Notes: generated from the sequence alone by a model not told the origin. Counted from the stretch's first letter, positions 20,321 to 29,996 are shown. The stretch: 64,000 bases of DNA from an uncultured delta proteobacterium (GCA_963823335.1 CAWGLD010000004.1:448001-512000); one strand, 5' to 3'. Made by a program: numbers and translations.

Positions 20321-21025
20321 CTAAGGCCGCGCCACAATTCTATCCCACGCCATCTGGTTGACATTCAAGGTGTATTTTTTTTCCAATGCCATCATCCACT
20401 CCCGGTACATGACCTCTTTTTTGCTGTTTCGCACCTGCTGGATGATAATGGTGTCAAAATTGGAGACATCCTCATGCTTCTCCGGATCGGATCCAGATAC
20501 ACCGTAATGCTGTTCATAGTAGTCGGATATCTCCTCCGGGGTAATGTGAATCAAGGGTTCAAGTTCATGATCAACGACTTTTACCATCAACAGTCGAATT
20601 CTCAGATCATTTTTCCACTGCTGAAAGGATACCGCCTGCTCAATCAGCACCTGATCGAACTCATCCTTGGGATAATCCGCTTTTATCGATGCAATCATTT
20701 CTTCGAGTTCCGCATCGCTGATCTGTATGTTAAGTTCTCTGGCTCTTTCGATAAGAATCAATCTTTCCGTAAGTTGATTCAGGACACGTAGCTGAATACC
20801 AGCCAATATCCCCGAATCCATGTCTGCACCCGTGGGGAAATCATCCAATGTATCCTCGACCGCCCTGCCAAAATCATCCACCGTGATAACACTGTCATTG
20901 ATCTGAATTAAGACTTCCGGTGGTTTCGGTCTCTTCGAGTCGGAACAGCCAAAAAATCCGGTCCATACAAACAGAAGTGCCCCTACCATACCAAGACATC
21001 GATAGCGCCATTGACGTTGCTGCAC
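20321..21025 (-). CDS. SurA N-terminal-domain lipoprotein
   Basis: Lipobox FFGC; LIQIND..IT; ITPEEI.DYY; lacks parvulin domain. Confidence 0.75.
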   Translation of the reverse strand: MQQRQWRYRCLGMVGALLFVWTGFFGCSDSKRPKPPEVLIQINDSVITVDDFGRAVEDTLDDFPTGADMDSGILAGIQLRVLNQLTERLILIERARELNIQISDAELEEMIASIKADYPKDEFDQVLIEQAVSFQQWKNDLRIRLLMVKVVDHELEPLIHITPEEISDYYEQHYGVSGSDPEKHEDVSNFDTIIIQQVRNSKKEVMYREWMMALEKKYTLNVNQMAWDRIVARP

Positions 21026-21038
21026 GAAACGCCCCCGT

Positions 21039-21144
21039 TGCGATTTACGATCCTACCGCATCTACGGTGCCAGATGCCATACCGCATAGCCCACTATAGC
21101 GGAACGGCATCTTCCTTGTAGCTACGGCAACCTCTCCAATCGCA
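21039..21144. repeat. Long imperfect palindrome (REP/MITE-like hairpin)
   Basis: TGCGATT/AATCGCA outer arms, AGATGCC/GGCATCT and CCGC-ATAG/CTAT-A-GCGG inner arms. Confidence 0.6.
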
Positions 21145-21198
21145 CAATTTAGTTAATAGAGACGATTTTTCACGTCTCAACACGCCTGAATAAGGTGA

Positions 21199-24100
21199 TC
21201 AGGCGTTAACATGATGCGCTATTTCTTTCAAGATGTATTTGGTCTGGGTTAAAAGGCCGGTTTTATGGCCATCGGACAGTGCCACCGTCAATTTATGATC
21301 GGGGGTCAGTCGAAACCGGTCCTTTTCTGAAAGAATCAGGTCGACAATGCCATGAGGATTGGCCTGATGCCGATCGGATATGTGAAGCACCAGCTGGTTT
21401 CCTGCCATATCGAGTTTCTTGATACCCGCTTTTATCGCCAGAACTTTGAACACAATCTTCATTAGAAGATTCGAAACTTCTTCCGGCAGTTTGCCATAAC
21501 GATCCATGAGTTCTTCTCTAATAGCTGAAATTTCATCCATACGGGAGATTCTGGAAAGCCGCCGGTAGGCTGAAAGTCGTTGATCGATATCGGCAATATA
21601 GTGCTCTGGAATAAAAGCGGACATGGGAAGATTGATTTCCGGTTCAATATCATCCACCGGCTGTTCGCCCTTGAGCTCGGAAACCGACTCTTCCATGAGC
21701 TTCAGAAACATGTCATAACCGACAGCCGCAATATGGCCTGATTGCGATGCGCCGAGAATGGTTCCACCTCCCCGGATTTTGAGGTCACTCATGGCGATTT
21801 GAAATCCAGATCCCAGATCACTGTGGTCCATCAATACCTTGAGGCGTTTTAACGCATCGCGGGTAATGTAGCTCTCCGGGGGAATGAACAGGTATGCATA
21901 GGCACGCTCCTCTGCACGGCCCACACGACCGCGCAGCTGATACATCTGCGCCAGACCGAACCGGTCCGCCCGGTTGATGAAAATCGTATTGGCGGAAGGT
22001 ATGTCGAGGCCCGATTCGATAATCGTCGTGCACACGAGCATATCGATCTCCTTTTTGACGAATCGCAGCATGATCTTTTCCAGTTGGCGCTCCGGCATCT
22101 GGCCATGGGCGATGTCCAGCCGGACCTCAGGGACGATGCTTTTCAAGCGGGCAGCCATTCTTTCAATACTGTTGATGCTGTTGTGGACAAAGAAAATCTG
22201 TCCGCCACGCTCAAGCTCCCTGGTAACGGCATCCTTGACGATGCCGTCCGTAAATTCAGATACATACGTCACCACTGCATGCCGGTATTCCGGTGGTGTT
22301 GCAATAAGATCGATATCCCGGATACCTATCAGTGACATGTGTAATGTTCTGGGTATGGGTGTTGCCGTAAGGGCCAGCACATCGACGGTGGTTCGAATTT
22401 TTTTCAGGGCCTCTTTGTGCCGCACACCGAACCGGTGCTCTTCGTCTATGACAAACAGCCCGAGGTCTTTGAAAGCAATATCTTTCTGGAGAATCCGGTG
22501 GGTGCCGATAACAATATCGATTTTTCCTTCTTTGACATCGTTCACAATTTTTCGCTGCTCCTGTTGTGAGCGGAAGCGGCTCAAACAGGCGATATTGACA
22601 GGATAATCCCTGAAGCGATCTGAAAATGTTGCAAAATGCTGTTCAGCCAAAACCGTCGTCGGAACAAGTACGGCTACCTGTTTGCCGTTGTAGACAGATA
22701 CAAATGCCGCCCGAAGCGCCACTTCTGTCTTACCATAGCCCACGTCACCACAGACAAGTCGATCCATGGGTATGGATTCACCCATATCGTGCAGGACCTC
22801 CTCGATAACTTTCAACTGGTCGGCGGTTTCTTCGTAAGGAAATCCGTTTTCGAATTCCTGAAGCTCTCTTTCGACAGACCGGTGGGAAAAGCCTTGATGC
22901 ACTTTTCTGGCTGCATAGATCTTGAGCAGTTCTTTGGCGATTCTGACTGTCGATTTCTTGGCTTTGGTTTTCATGCGGTCCCATGAGCTGCCCCCCATCT
23001 TGTCGACGACCGGTACCACACCATCCACACCCATGTATTTCTGGATCAAATTCATACGCTCCACCGGCAGATACAGCCGGTCGTCGTTCTTGTAGATGAT
23101 CAGCAGATAGTCGTTGGTCACGAATTCCACCGTCAACTTGGTGAGCCCCTTGTACTGGCCGATGCCGTGTTGGTCGTGCACCACTAGATCGTCGATCTTG
23201 AGGTCCTCGAAATTGAGCAACTGCTTTTGGATACGAGATTTTCCGGCGGCCGTTCCTTTTCGGCGCGTCCCGAATATTTCATTGGCCGTTATCAGAGCGA
23301 TAGAGGCCTCCGGCCAGACAAACCCGGAAGATATTTCACCCACGCACAGGTATACTGTTTTGGCTTGTTGCTCTTTCAGCGCATGCCCGGAAGGAAATGT
23401 TTCTCTGGACAGAATCTGAACAGGGTATGGCAATAGCATCGATCTTATTCGCTCGGCCTGTGCTGAAAAGGCACAGGCAATCACCGTGAGATAGCCCCTT
23501 TCCTGGTACTTGTCGATCCAATCCACAAGAGGCGACAGGGGTGCGTCCAGGGATTGGGGATGTCTCAATGTCTCTATAAGTTCCGTGTTGTCATGGACCT
23601 GGAAATGGTATTGGGAAGAGACCGGCGTCGATTCCCCCTGACCTTCGAGCATGGATATAGCTTTAAACATCAGGGTTTTTGAACGTTTCAAACCCGCCTG
23701 GACCGCCTCCCAGCCCAGGTATGCCTTCTCGGGCGAGACTGCAAATCCCCCCTCCTCCAGAACCGTCTCAAATTGTTTGCGGACAAGCTTTTCGCATGCT
23801 TCGGCCGCTGCCGTTACCTGCTCTTGGTCTGCCACAACATAGAGCGTGTTGGCACTTGTATAATCGAACAGGGTCTCGAGATCGGAACCCATGAGCGCCA
23901 TCAAATTTTCCGATCCGGAATTGACACCCTCGGTCTTCAGGCGGTCGATCACTTTCCTGACTGTCGTGACAGGTGTGTTCATCCGTGAAGCTTCCTCCCT
24001 GATGCGACCGATCAGACCGGGAAGGTGATGCCTGTCCAGGATGGCTTCCTTGGCAGGTAGAATAATTGCCTCCTGAACCTGTTTGACGGTTCGCTGGCTC

Positions 24101-24726
24101 ACAGGGGAATAAAATCTGAGGGACTCCACCAGGTCGCCGAACAATTCCATCCGCAGCGGCTGCGGGTACAGGGGAGAAAAAATATCCAGTATACCACCCC
24201 TCACGCAATAATCCCCCGGTTCCTCGACAATGGCGGCGCGTTCGTATCCGCCGGCTTCCAATTTTTCGATGAGTTTTTCGCGATCGAGATCTTCGCCGGA
24301 CATGATCAGCTCTGCATAATCGACCAGCGAAGCCCTGGGAAGTGTCTTTTTCATCAATCCGTCGATTGTGGTAACGATGACGGGTGGGATGCCCTGGTTC
24401 ACCAGATTGTAGAGCACGCGGATACGATTGGCAGCCGTTTCGCTGTCCGAGGTAAGAAATTTATACGGCAGCAGATTATAGGGCGGGAAATACTGCACCA
24501 CAGATGCCTGAGCTCCTAAAAAAAAACGCAATTCATCACATACCCGACGGCCGTCTTTTAATGACGACACGATCACCACCACGGGTTCACGAAAGCGCTG
24601 ATAAAGCTTGGAAATCAGGTATGCCTTATCCGTCTTTTGCAGTCCGATACAATCGATCCCCTTACCACGACTGGGAAGAGAGGCCATAAATTGGGTCAGA
24701 TAAATTTTATCTTGATTTTGAACCAT
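21199..24726 (-). CDS. mfd: Transcription-repair coupling factor Mfd
   Basis: RGGILDIF, VVH..HGIG.Y, DRLVCGDVGYGKTEVA, DEEHRFG, TATPIPRT, QLRGRVGR; ATG 24726 preferred. Confidence 0.97.
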   Translation of the reverse strand: MVQNQDKIYLTQFMASLPSRGKGIDCIGLQKTDKAYLISKLYQRFREPVVVIVSSLKDGRRVCDELRFFLGAQASVVQYFPPYNLLPYKFLTSDSETAANRIRVLYNLVNQGIPPVIVTTIDGLMKKTLPRASLVDYAELIMSGEDLDREKLIEKLEAGGYERAAIVEEPGDYCVRGGILDIFSPLYPQPLRMELFGDLVESLRFYSPVSQRTVKQVQEAIILPAKEAILDRHHLPGLIGRIREEASRMNTPVTTVRKVIDRLKTEGVNSGSENLMALMGSDLETLFDYTSANTLYVVADQEQVTAAAEACEKLVRKQFETVLEEGGFAVSPEKAYLGWEAVQAGLKRSKTLMFKAISMLEGQGESTPVSSQYHFQVHDNTELIETLRHPQSLDAPLSPLVDWIDKYQERGYLTVIACAFSAQAERIRSMLLPYPVQILSRETFPSGHALKEQQAKTVYLCVGEISSGFVWPEASIALITANEIFGTRRKGTAAGKSRIQKQLLNFEDLKIDDLVVHDQHGIGQYKGLTKLTVEFVTNDYLLIIYKNDDRLYLPVERMNLIQKYMGVDGVVPVVDKMGGSSWDRMKTKAKKSTVRIAKELLKIYAARKVHQGFSHRSVERELQEFENGFPYEETADQLKVIEEVLHDMGESIPMDRLVCGDVGYGKTEVALRAAFVSVYNGKQVAVLVPTTVLAEQHFATFSDRFRDYPVNIACLSRFRSQQEQRKIVNDVKEGKIDIVIGTHRILQKDIAFKDLGLFVIDEEHRFGVRHKEALKKIRTTVDVLALTATPIPRTLHMSLIGIRDIDLIATPPEYRHAVVTYVSEFTDGIVKDAVTRELERGGQIFFVHNSINSIERMAARLKSIVPEVRLDIAHGQMPERQLEKIMLRFVKKEIDMLVCTTIIESGLDIPSANTIFINRADRFGLAQMYQLRGRVGRAEERAYAYLFIPPESYITRDALKRLKVLMDHSDLGSGFQIAMSDLKIRGGGTILGASQSGHIAAVGYDMFLKLMEESVSELKGEQPVDDIEPEINLPMSAFIPEHYIADIDQRLSAYRRLSRISRMDEISAIREELMDRYGKLPEEVSNLLMKIVFKVLAIKAGIKKLDMAGNQLVLHISDRHQANPHGIVDLILSEKDRFRLTPDHKLTVALSDGHKTGLLTQTKYILKEIAHHVNA

Positions 24727-24787
24727 AAACAAAGTACTGCAACCTATCTTAATCCTGAACTTGGCGCTCAGGTTTATTTGATCCATA

Positions 24788-24863
24788 GCCGACGTAGCTC
24801 AGCTGGTAGAGCAGCTGATTCGTAATCAGCAGGTCCGCGGTTCGAGTCCGCGCGTCGGCTCCA
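24788..24863 (+). tRNA. tRNA-Thr (CGT)
   Basis: 76-nt cloverleaf; anticodon arm GCTGA-TTCGTAA-TCAGC; GGTTCGAGTCC; encoded CCA. Confidence 0.97.
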
Positions 24864-24878
24864 AAATTTTATTTTATT

Positions 24879-24919
24879 ATTAAGAGGTTATCGAAATTCG
24901 GTAGCCTCTTAATTTTTTT
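24879..24919 (+). terminator. Intrinsic terminator after tRNA-Thr
   Basis: ATTAAGAGGTTATCG/CGGTAGCCTCTTAAT hairpin followed by T-run. Confidence 0.75.
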
Positions 24920-25103
24920 GATTAAAGCCACTGGGTAACAAATGGCTAACAATGGTTTTACCTCGTTTGTGTTGTATCCTTCACAACGGTATCGTGTGTA
25001 TATACGATTGAATTCGATATGTACATAGATAGGATTGACTTGTGGTTCTTTGGTAGGTTATCTACAGGAAAGGCACCAGTCATCAAAGGTCGGAACATGG
25101 AAC

Positions 25104-26132
25104 TTACAGTTTTTCAGCCTCAACAATACAGTAAAACGGTTCGATATCTAGTTTTTCACCGAATTGAGTATATTCTGTCATTTTTAATCCACATTCTTTT
25201 AAGAATGATTCAACTGCTGCTTTAGGATCATTTGACATATCTATTCCAAATTTCGAAGGCTCTCCCATTTTTTCTATTATCCTCATATATCTTTTAGCTG
25301 TTTTTGAAATTTCACCTAACATGAATGCTTTGGAATAAAAGTCTTGAGCGATGATACTTCCGTCTACACATAAATCAGCCATTTTCCTAAGTGTTTCTTT
25401 GACAATATCAGCTTCTAAATACAAAGAAACGCTTTGCCAAAGGAACAAAGTCTTTTTTGTTTTGTCAAAACCAGCTTCTAATAGTTTATCAACCCAAGAT
25501 TCGTTTGAATAATCAACTGGGATATAGGTGATCCAATCATGCTTTATACCTGCTTTTTTCAATGTTTCAACTTTAACATTTAGTGTTTTAACCTGGTCGA
25601 GTTCAAAAACCTTTACTTTTTTTCCTTTTGTAAAGTGCAAAGCTATTAGATCAAAGCCAGCTCCAGGAAGGACAATCTGCTCCATTTCATCAACATATTT
25701 TTCCATTATCTTGTCAAACATGAGCACCCGAATACCCGCTGTGGAATCTAAGGTCTCTTCACCTGGTTCAACAAGTTTTCCAAGCCTGGCGGGGAAACCA
25801 AATAACCGCTGGGAAATGATAAGAGCTCCCATAGTCGACCACAAACCAAAATGTGATTCACATGGAAACTTTTTTGTAAACGCAACAGAAAGGGGATCCG
25901 GTCTGGTGTTAAAATAATGCATGATCCACCTATATTGAAGCGCTTTAATTGCCGAGAAGGAGACACCCAGTTTCTTGCTTTTTCCCATTTCCTTGTAAAT
26001 TCCATCTATTAGTCCAATAATAGCAAAAGGAATGAAGATTATTTGAATCGGTATATAAAGGATGATTTGAAAAAGCTTAATTAAGAAACGCAATATTCCG
26101 GGAAGCTGTTTTTTTGTGTTTTTATCTGTCAT
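25104..26132 (-). CDS. Class I SAM-dependent methyltransferase (LCM/O-methyltransferase-like)
   Basis: QIVLPGAGFD, VFELDQ, IPVD, GFD..K.TLFLW; visibly AT-rich. Confidence 0.8.
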   Translation of the reverse strand: MTDKNTKKQLPGILRFLIKLFQIILYIPIQIIFIPFAIIGLIDGIYKEMGKSKKLGVSFSAIKALQYRWIMHYFNTRPDPLSVAFTKKFPCESHFGLWSTMGALIISQRLFGFPARLGKLVEPGEETLDSTAGIRVLMFDKIMEKYVDEMEQIVLPGAGFDLIALHFTKGKKVKVFELDQVKTLNVKVETLKKAGIKHDWITYIPVDYSNESWVDKLLEAGFDKTKKTLFLWQSVSLYLEADIVKETLRKMADLCVDGSIIAQDFYSKAFMLGEISKTAKRYMRIIEKMGEPSKFGIDMSNDPKAAVESFLKECGLKMTEYTQFGEKLDIEPFYCIVEAEKL

Positions 26133-26160
26133 AAGATCCTCCTACATTCTGACTATTGAA

Positions 26161-26231
26161 GAACCTCGCAGCATGCGTAGCACTGCCGAACGGCAGAACC
26201 TACGAAGAATGCGCTCGCTGTTGCGGTTCAA
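26161..26231 (+). repeat. Dispersed repeat ending GAATGCGCTCGCTGTTGCGGTTCA (possible IS200/IS605-type end), copy A
   Basis: 24-nt core identical to 56493-56516 and near-identical to inverted 26727-26750. Confidence 0.7.
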
Positions 26232-26725
26232 ATCTGCTGCGTAACCGCGAATAAGCTACCGCGGAGCGGTTTCGTACAGATGGAGAACATTACCGTCTGC
26301 TGAAATTACAGATACCATGATTTGAGGGTGTCAGGTCAAGTAACTCTTCCAAGGGAGAAAGGTTTCAAGGAAATAAAAACGAACCTTCTTAAAAAATCAG
26401 CTCCAGGAATGTGGGCATCCGAAAAAGCATCTCCAGTAACGGATGGATGTATCCTCCCTCCCCCTTTTACTGATCTCTGGGCTCGCCCCCTCTTTTGTGA
26501 ACATAGAAACCTGTTTCAGAACAGATACTATGTACAGCTTACCTTATGTAATAATTTACCCATAATATGTATAATTCATTACACATCAAGGTTGCAAAGC
26601 TATCTCATACAAAACCTAACTATCTGCAATTATTATAATCAGATAAATCAGTTCCATCTTGCACGCTTTTTGCATTCTATCTTTTTTCTATTTGGTGCAA
26701 TAATGAATAACGAATATTGATACGG

Positions 26726-26775
26726 TTGAACCGCAACGGCGAGCGTATTCCCTGTGGGTTTTGCCTGCGGCTAAA
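26726..26775 (-). repeat. Same dispersed repeat, copy B (inverted)
   Basis: Reverse complement reads GGGAATACGCTCGCCGTTGCGGTTCAA. Confidence 0.7.
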
Positions 26776-26811
26776 CATTTCTAGAAGCTTGCTGTGAGGT
26801 TCTTCAATTCC

Positions 26812-26896
26812 GTTCCTGAACCCTCAGGCATGCTCCTTTTAGGCACGGGTCTGGTAGGATTGGCAGGACTTGGCAGAAAAGGATTTTTTGAAATAA
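26812..26896 (+). pseudogene. Orphan PEP-CTERM sorting-signal remnant
   Basis: VPEPSGMLLLGTGLVGLAGLGRK without signal peptide or protein body. Confidence 0.75.
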
Positions 26897-26901
26897 TCAC
26901 C

Positions 26902-27048
26902 ATGATAAACAGGACACTACTCCCCGACAATGATGGAAGGCGTTCCAACTGGGAACGACGCCAATTTTCGTATGCCTTGCATATTCCTGAAAGAAGATTG
27001 GCAAAAGACCGCCGAAATAGCGTGGATAGACGCAGCACAGAGAAATAA
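26902..27048 (+). CDS. Small Arg-rich protein (48 aa) with repeated (D/E)RR motifs
   Basis: DNDGRRSNWERRQFSYALHIPERRLAKDRR; followed by a terminator. Confidence 0.6.
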   Translation: MINRTLLPDNDGRRSNWERRQFSYALHIPERRLAKDRRNSVDRRSTEK

Positions 27049-27082
27049 TGCGCTAGGGGCGACATAATCCTTCAAAACATGT

Positions 27083-27115
27083 AAGCAGGGTCAATGACGA
27101 CCCTGCTTTTTTTTT
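27083..27115 (+). terminator. Intrinsic terminator
   Basis: AAGCAGGGTC/GACCCTGCTT hairpin plus T-run. Confidence 0.8.
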
Positions 27116-27275
27116 GATTTATGCGCCCTAACACAACCGCAACACTGCAGTTGGCCCATAGAAAAAACCTTATGCTTGATATTATTGCAAAAAAAGACTA
27201 AGGTAAGACAATTCATAGTCGACAGATCAGCGGTCCAAGTCCGCTTTTCGGCTCTATTACTATTCCTTGGAACAT

Positions 27276-27797
27276 ATGCTAAAAACCATTCGCCTCATCA
27301 CCCTGATATCCAGCATCGGGTGTTACCTTTTTTATGGCTGTGCCCCTTTGCAGCCGCTGAAGGCACCATCCGCTCGTACCCGGCCCGATGCAGCATACCT
27401 AAACCCAGCCGATTCCGGCAGGATTCTCGATTTGTTATACCAGCAGGTTGAAGCATGGGAGGGGGTTCCCTATCGTCTGGGGGGTCTCTCCAAAGAGGGC
27501 ATCGACTGTTCCGGATTCGTCTATATGACCTATCTGAACCAATTCAACAAAAGGCTGCCGCGAAACACATATCGGCAATCTAAAGTCGGTGACCAGGTGT
27601 TTCAAAGAGACCTGGACGCCGGTGACCTCATTTTTTTTCGAATAGGGTATTCAACCAGACATGTCGGCATTTACCTTGAAAACGGATTATTTGCACATGC
27701 CTCCAAGAGCAGCGGTGTGATGGTCTCTAACCTGCAAGATACCTACTGGTCAAAACGATACTGGAAGGCCGTTCGTATTAAAATTGACAGGCTATAG
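27276..27797 (+). CDS. NlpC/P60 lipoprotein peptidoglycan hydrolase
   Basis: Lipobox FYGC; PYRLGG, IDCSG, GDLIFF, HVGIY, FAHAS. Confidence 0.92.
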   Translation: MLKTIRLITLISSIGCYLFYGCAPLQPLKAPSARTRPDAAYLNPADSGRILDLLYQQVEAWEGVPYRLGGLSKEGIDCSGFVYMTYLNQFNKRLPRNTYRQSKVGDQVFQRDLDAGDLIFFRIGYSTRHVGIYLENGLFAHASKSSGVMVSNLQDTYWSKRYWKAVRIKIDRL

Positions 27798-28019
27798 GTT
27801 TTAAGCTACCTTGATTTAAACTCGGTTCAATGCCCAAATTGTAAAAAAAGTTTGTTTTGCAGCAAGAAAATTAGAGCACTTACGAAAACATGCACGAAGT
27901 GTCCGTAAAGAACAAATTTGAGAGACACAAACCTTTCAATGACCTTTTTCGTGGTTTCGTTCTTTCGTGATAATAGCTCTTTTCTTCTGCGGTATGTCCG
28001 GACAAGGTTAAGGCGACTT

Positions 28020-29957
28020 ATGAAAAAGAAGATACTGATTGTTGACGATAACCGGCTTCTGCGAAAATTCCTGTCAACCCATCTGGGAAAAGAGGGCCAC
28101 TACGTCCAGACAGCGGAAGATGGCTTTGCCGCCCTGGAACTCCTTTCCACATTTACACCCGACATCATCTTCATCGACCTTTTCATGCCCAAAATCGACG
28201 GCGAACGCCTGTGCCAGATCATACGCTCCAGAAAGACATTGGCAAACTGCCATGTCGTCATTCTGTCTGCCGGGATCGCGGAAACAGGAAAGGATTACAC
28301 CAAACTTGGTGCCAATGCCTGTATTGCCAAAGGCTCATTCAGCAGCATGGCAAAAAATGTTCTTACCGCGGTTCAGGATTCCGACACTCCCACCAAAGAG
28401 CATACCCAAAAACCAATTATCGGGCTGGATTCCGTATACTCCCGGCAGTTGACCAGGGAGCTCATTTCTAAAAATCGTCATCTGGAAACGATTCTGGAAA
28501 GTATGACTGAAGGGTTTCTGGAGGTGTTTTCCGAACGGGTTGTATTTGCAAACGAAGCTGCCGTCGAAATGCTGAACACAAGCATGGAAGACTTGTTATA
28601 CGCCTTTCCGCCTGACCTCTTCAAAGGCAGGACACGAAAGTATATCGAAACCCTTATTTCTGCTGAAAATCCCCCGGCATCGAATCAGGACGCTACCTTC
28701 GATGTATACGATCGCAAGATTACAATTAAAAGTTTTCCGGTTGAGGGGGAATCGGATACGTCCATTATCATTCTTTCCGATGTCACCGAGCAGAAAAAAC
28801 TCGAAGAAAAACTTCAGCAGGCAAAAAAAATGGAGGCCATCGGAACCCTCGCGGGAGGTGTCGCCCATGACTTTAACAACCTGTTAATGGGCATCCAGGG
28901 CAATATCTCCCTCATGCTTCTGGATATAGAGGAGGGAGTCCGCCATTTTGAAGAGATAAAAAGCATTGAAAGATGTGTTGAAAGCGCGGCCAAACTTACA
29001 ACCCAGCTCCTGGGTTTTGCGAGGGGCGGAAAATATGTCATCAAAGCCACCAGCTTGAACGATCTGATCGAGAAACTGACCGGGATGTTCCAGCGAACCC
29101 ATAAAAATATTATCTTTCACGAAGTTTACCAACCGGGCCTATGGGCCGTGGAGGTTGATCAGGGGCAGATTGAACAGGTGATGCTGAATCTCTACCTCAA
29201 CGCCTGTCAGGCCATCCTCGATAAAGGTGACATCACTGTTAAGACCGAAAACGTGTTCCTCGATAAAAGCATGGCCAAGTCATTCGACCTCAAGTCCAAA
29301 AAATATGTCAAAATATCCGTCATCGATACCGGTGCCGGTATGGATAACCAGGTCCGTCAGAGAATCTTTGAGCCTTTCTTCACCACCAAAGAGGTCGGTA
29401 AAGGCTCTGGAATGGGTCTGGCCTCGGCCTTCGGCATTATCAGGAACCACAACGGCATCATCGACTGTCAGAGCAAAAAAGGTAAAGGAAGTACTTTCAG
29501 CATTTATTTACCCGCCTCATATTTCTCGGCCATGAAGGATAGCGAAGAAGACATCGTCCTTTTAAAAGGCTCAGAAACCATACTACTCGTGGATGATGAA
29601 AGTGTCATACTCAAGGTAGAACGGCAACTGCTGAAAGAACTCGGCTACAAGGTTATGATTGCCAGAAACGGAAAATCGGCCCTGAAGATCTTTTCAGCCT
29701 GTCATGACGATATCGATCTCGTTATACTGGACATTGTCATGCCAGAAATGGATGGGAAAGAGGTCTATGCCAGGATGAAACAAATCAATCCCGATCTTCA
29801 TGTTTTGCTGGCAAGCGGCTACGGCATCGATTGGCAGGCACAAACAATGATCGAGGATGGATGCCATGGTTTCATTCAAAAACCATTTAAATTCAATGAG
29901 GTGTCCCTGCAGATCCGAAAAATCCTGGAAAAATCGCAGAGCACGCCCCCGCATTAA
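28020..29957 (+). CDS. Hybrid sensor histidine kinase (REC-PAS-HisKA-HATPase-REC)
   Basis: ILIVDD, LAGGVAHDFNNLL, DTGAGM, FEPFFTTK, GSGMGL, C-terminal receiver. Confidence 0.93.
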   Translation: MKKKILIVDDNRLLRKFLSTHLGKEGHYVQTAEDGFAALELLSTFTPDIIFIDLFMPKIDGERLCQIIRSRKTLANCHVVILSAGIAETGKDYTKLGANACIAKGSFSSMAKNVLTAVQDSDTPTKEHTQKPIIGLDSVYSRQLTRELISKNRHLETILESMTEGFLEVFSERVVFANEAAVEMLNTSMEDLLYAFPPDLFKGRTRKYIETLISAENPPASNQDATFDVYDRKITIKSFPVEGESDTSIIILSDVTEQKKLEEKLQQAKKMEAIGTLAGGVAHDFNNLLMGIQGNISLMLLDIEEGVRHFEEIKSIERCVESAAKLTTQLLGFARGGKYVIKATSLNDLIEKLTGMFQRTHKNIIFHEVYQPGLWAVEVDQGQIEQVMLNLYLNACQAILDKGDITVKTENVFLDKSMAKSFDLKSKKYVKISVIDTGAGMDNQVRQRIFEPFFTTKEVGKGSGMGLASAFGIIRNHNGIIDCQSKKGKGSTFSIYLPASYFSAMKDSEEDIVLLKGSETILLVDDESVILKVERQLLKELGYKVMIARNGKSALKIFSACHDDIDLVILDIVMPEMDGKEVYARMKQINPDLHVLLASGYGIDWQAQTMIEDGCHGFIQKPFKFNEVSLQIRKILEKSQSTPPH

Positions 29958-29996
29958 CCCGGCTATTTTCAATTTTACCAATAAGATAGGAACGGC

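Larger units (their letters stand above)
24864..27256. mobile_element. Decayed genomic islet at tRNA-Thr, no integrase
   Basis: Degenerate copy of the tRNA 3' half at 27211-27256; AT-rich cargo. Confidence 0.65.

Noticed and set aside
24727-24786. Longer Mfd start at 24786
   Set aside because: It would begin 1 bp from the divergent tRNA with no room for an RBS
26231-26275. Integron attC site near the methyltransferase (GTTACGC on minus strand)
   Set aside because: No matching inverse core or paired L boxes, no cassette array and no intI
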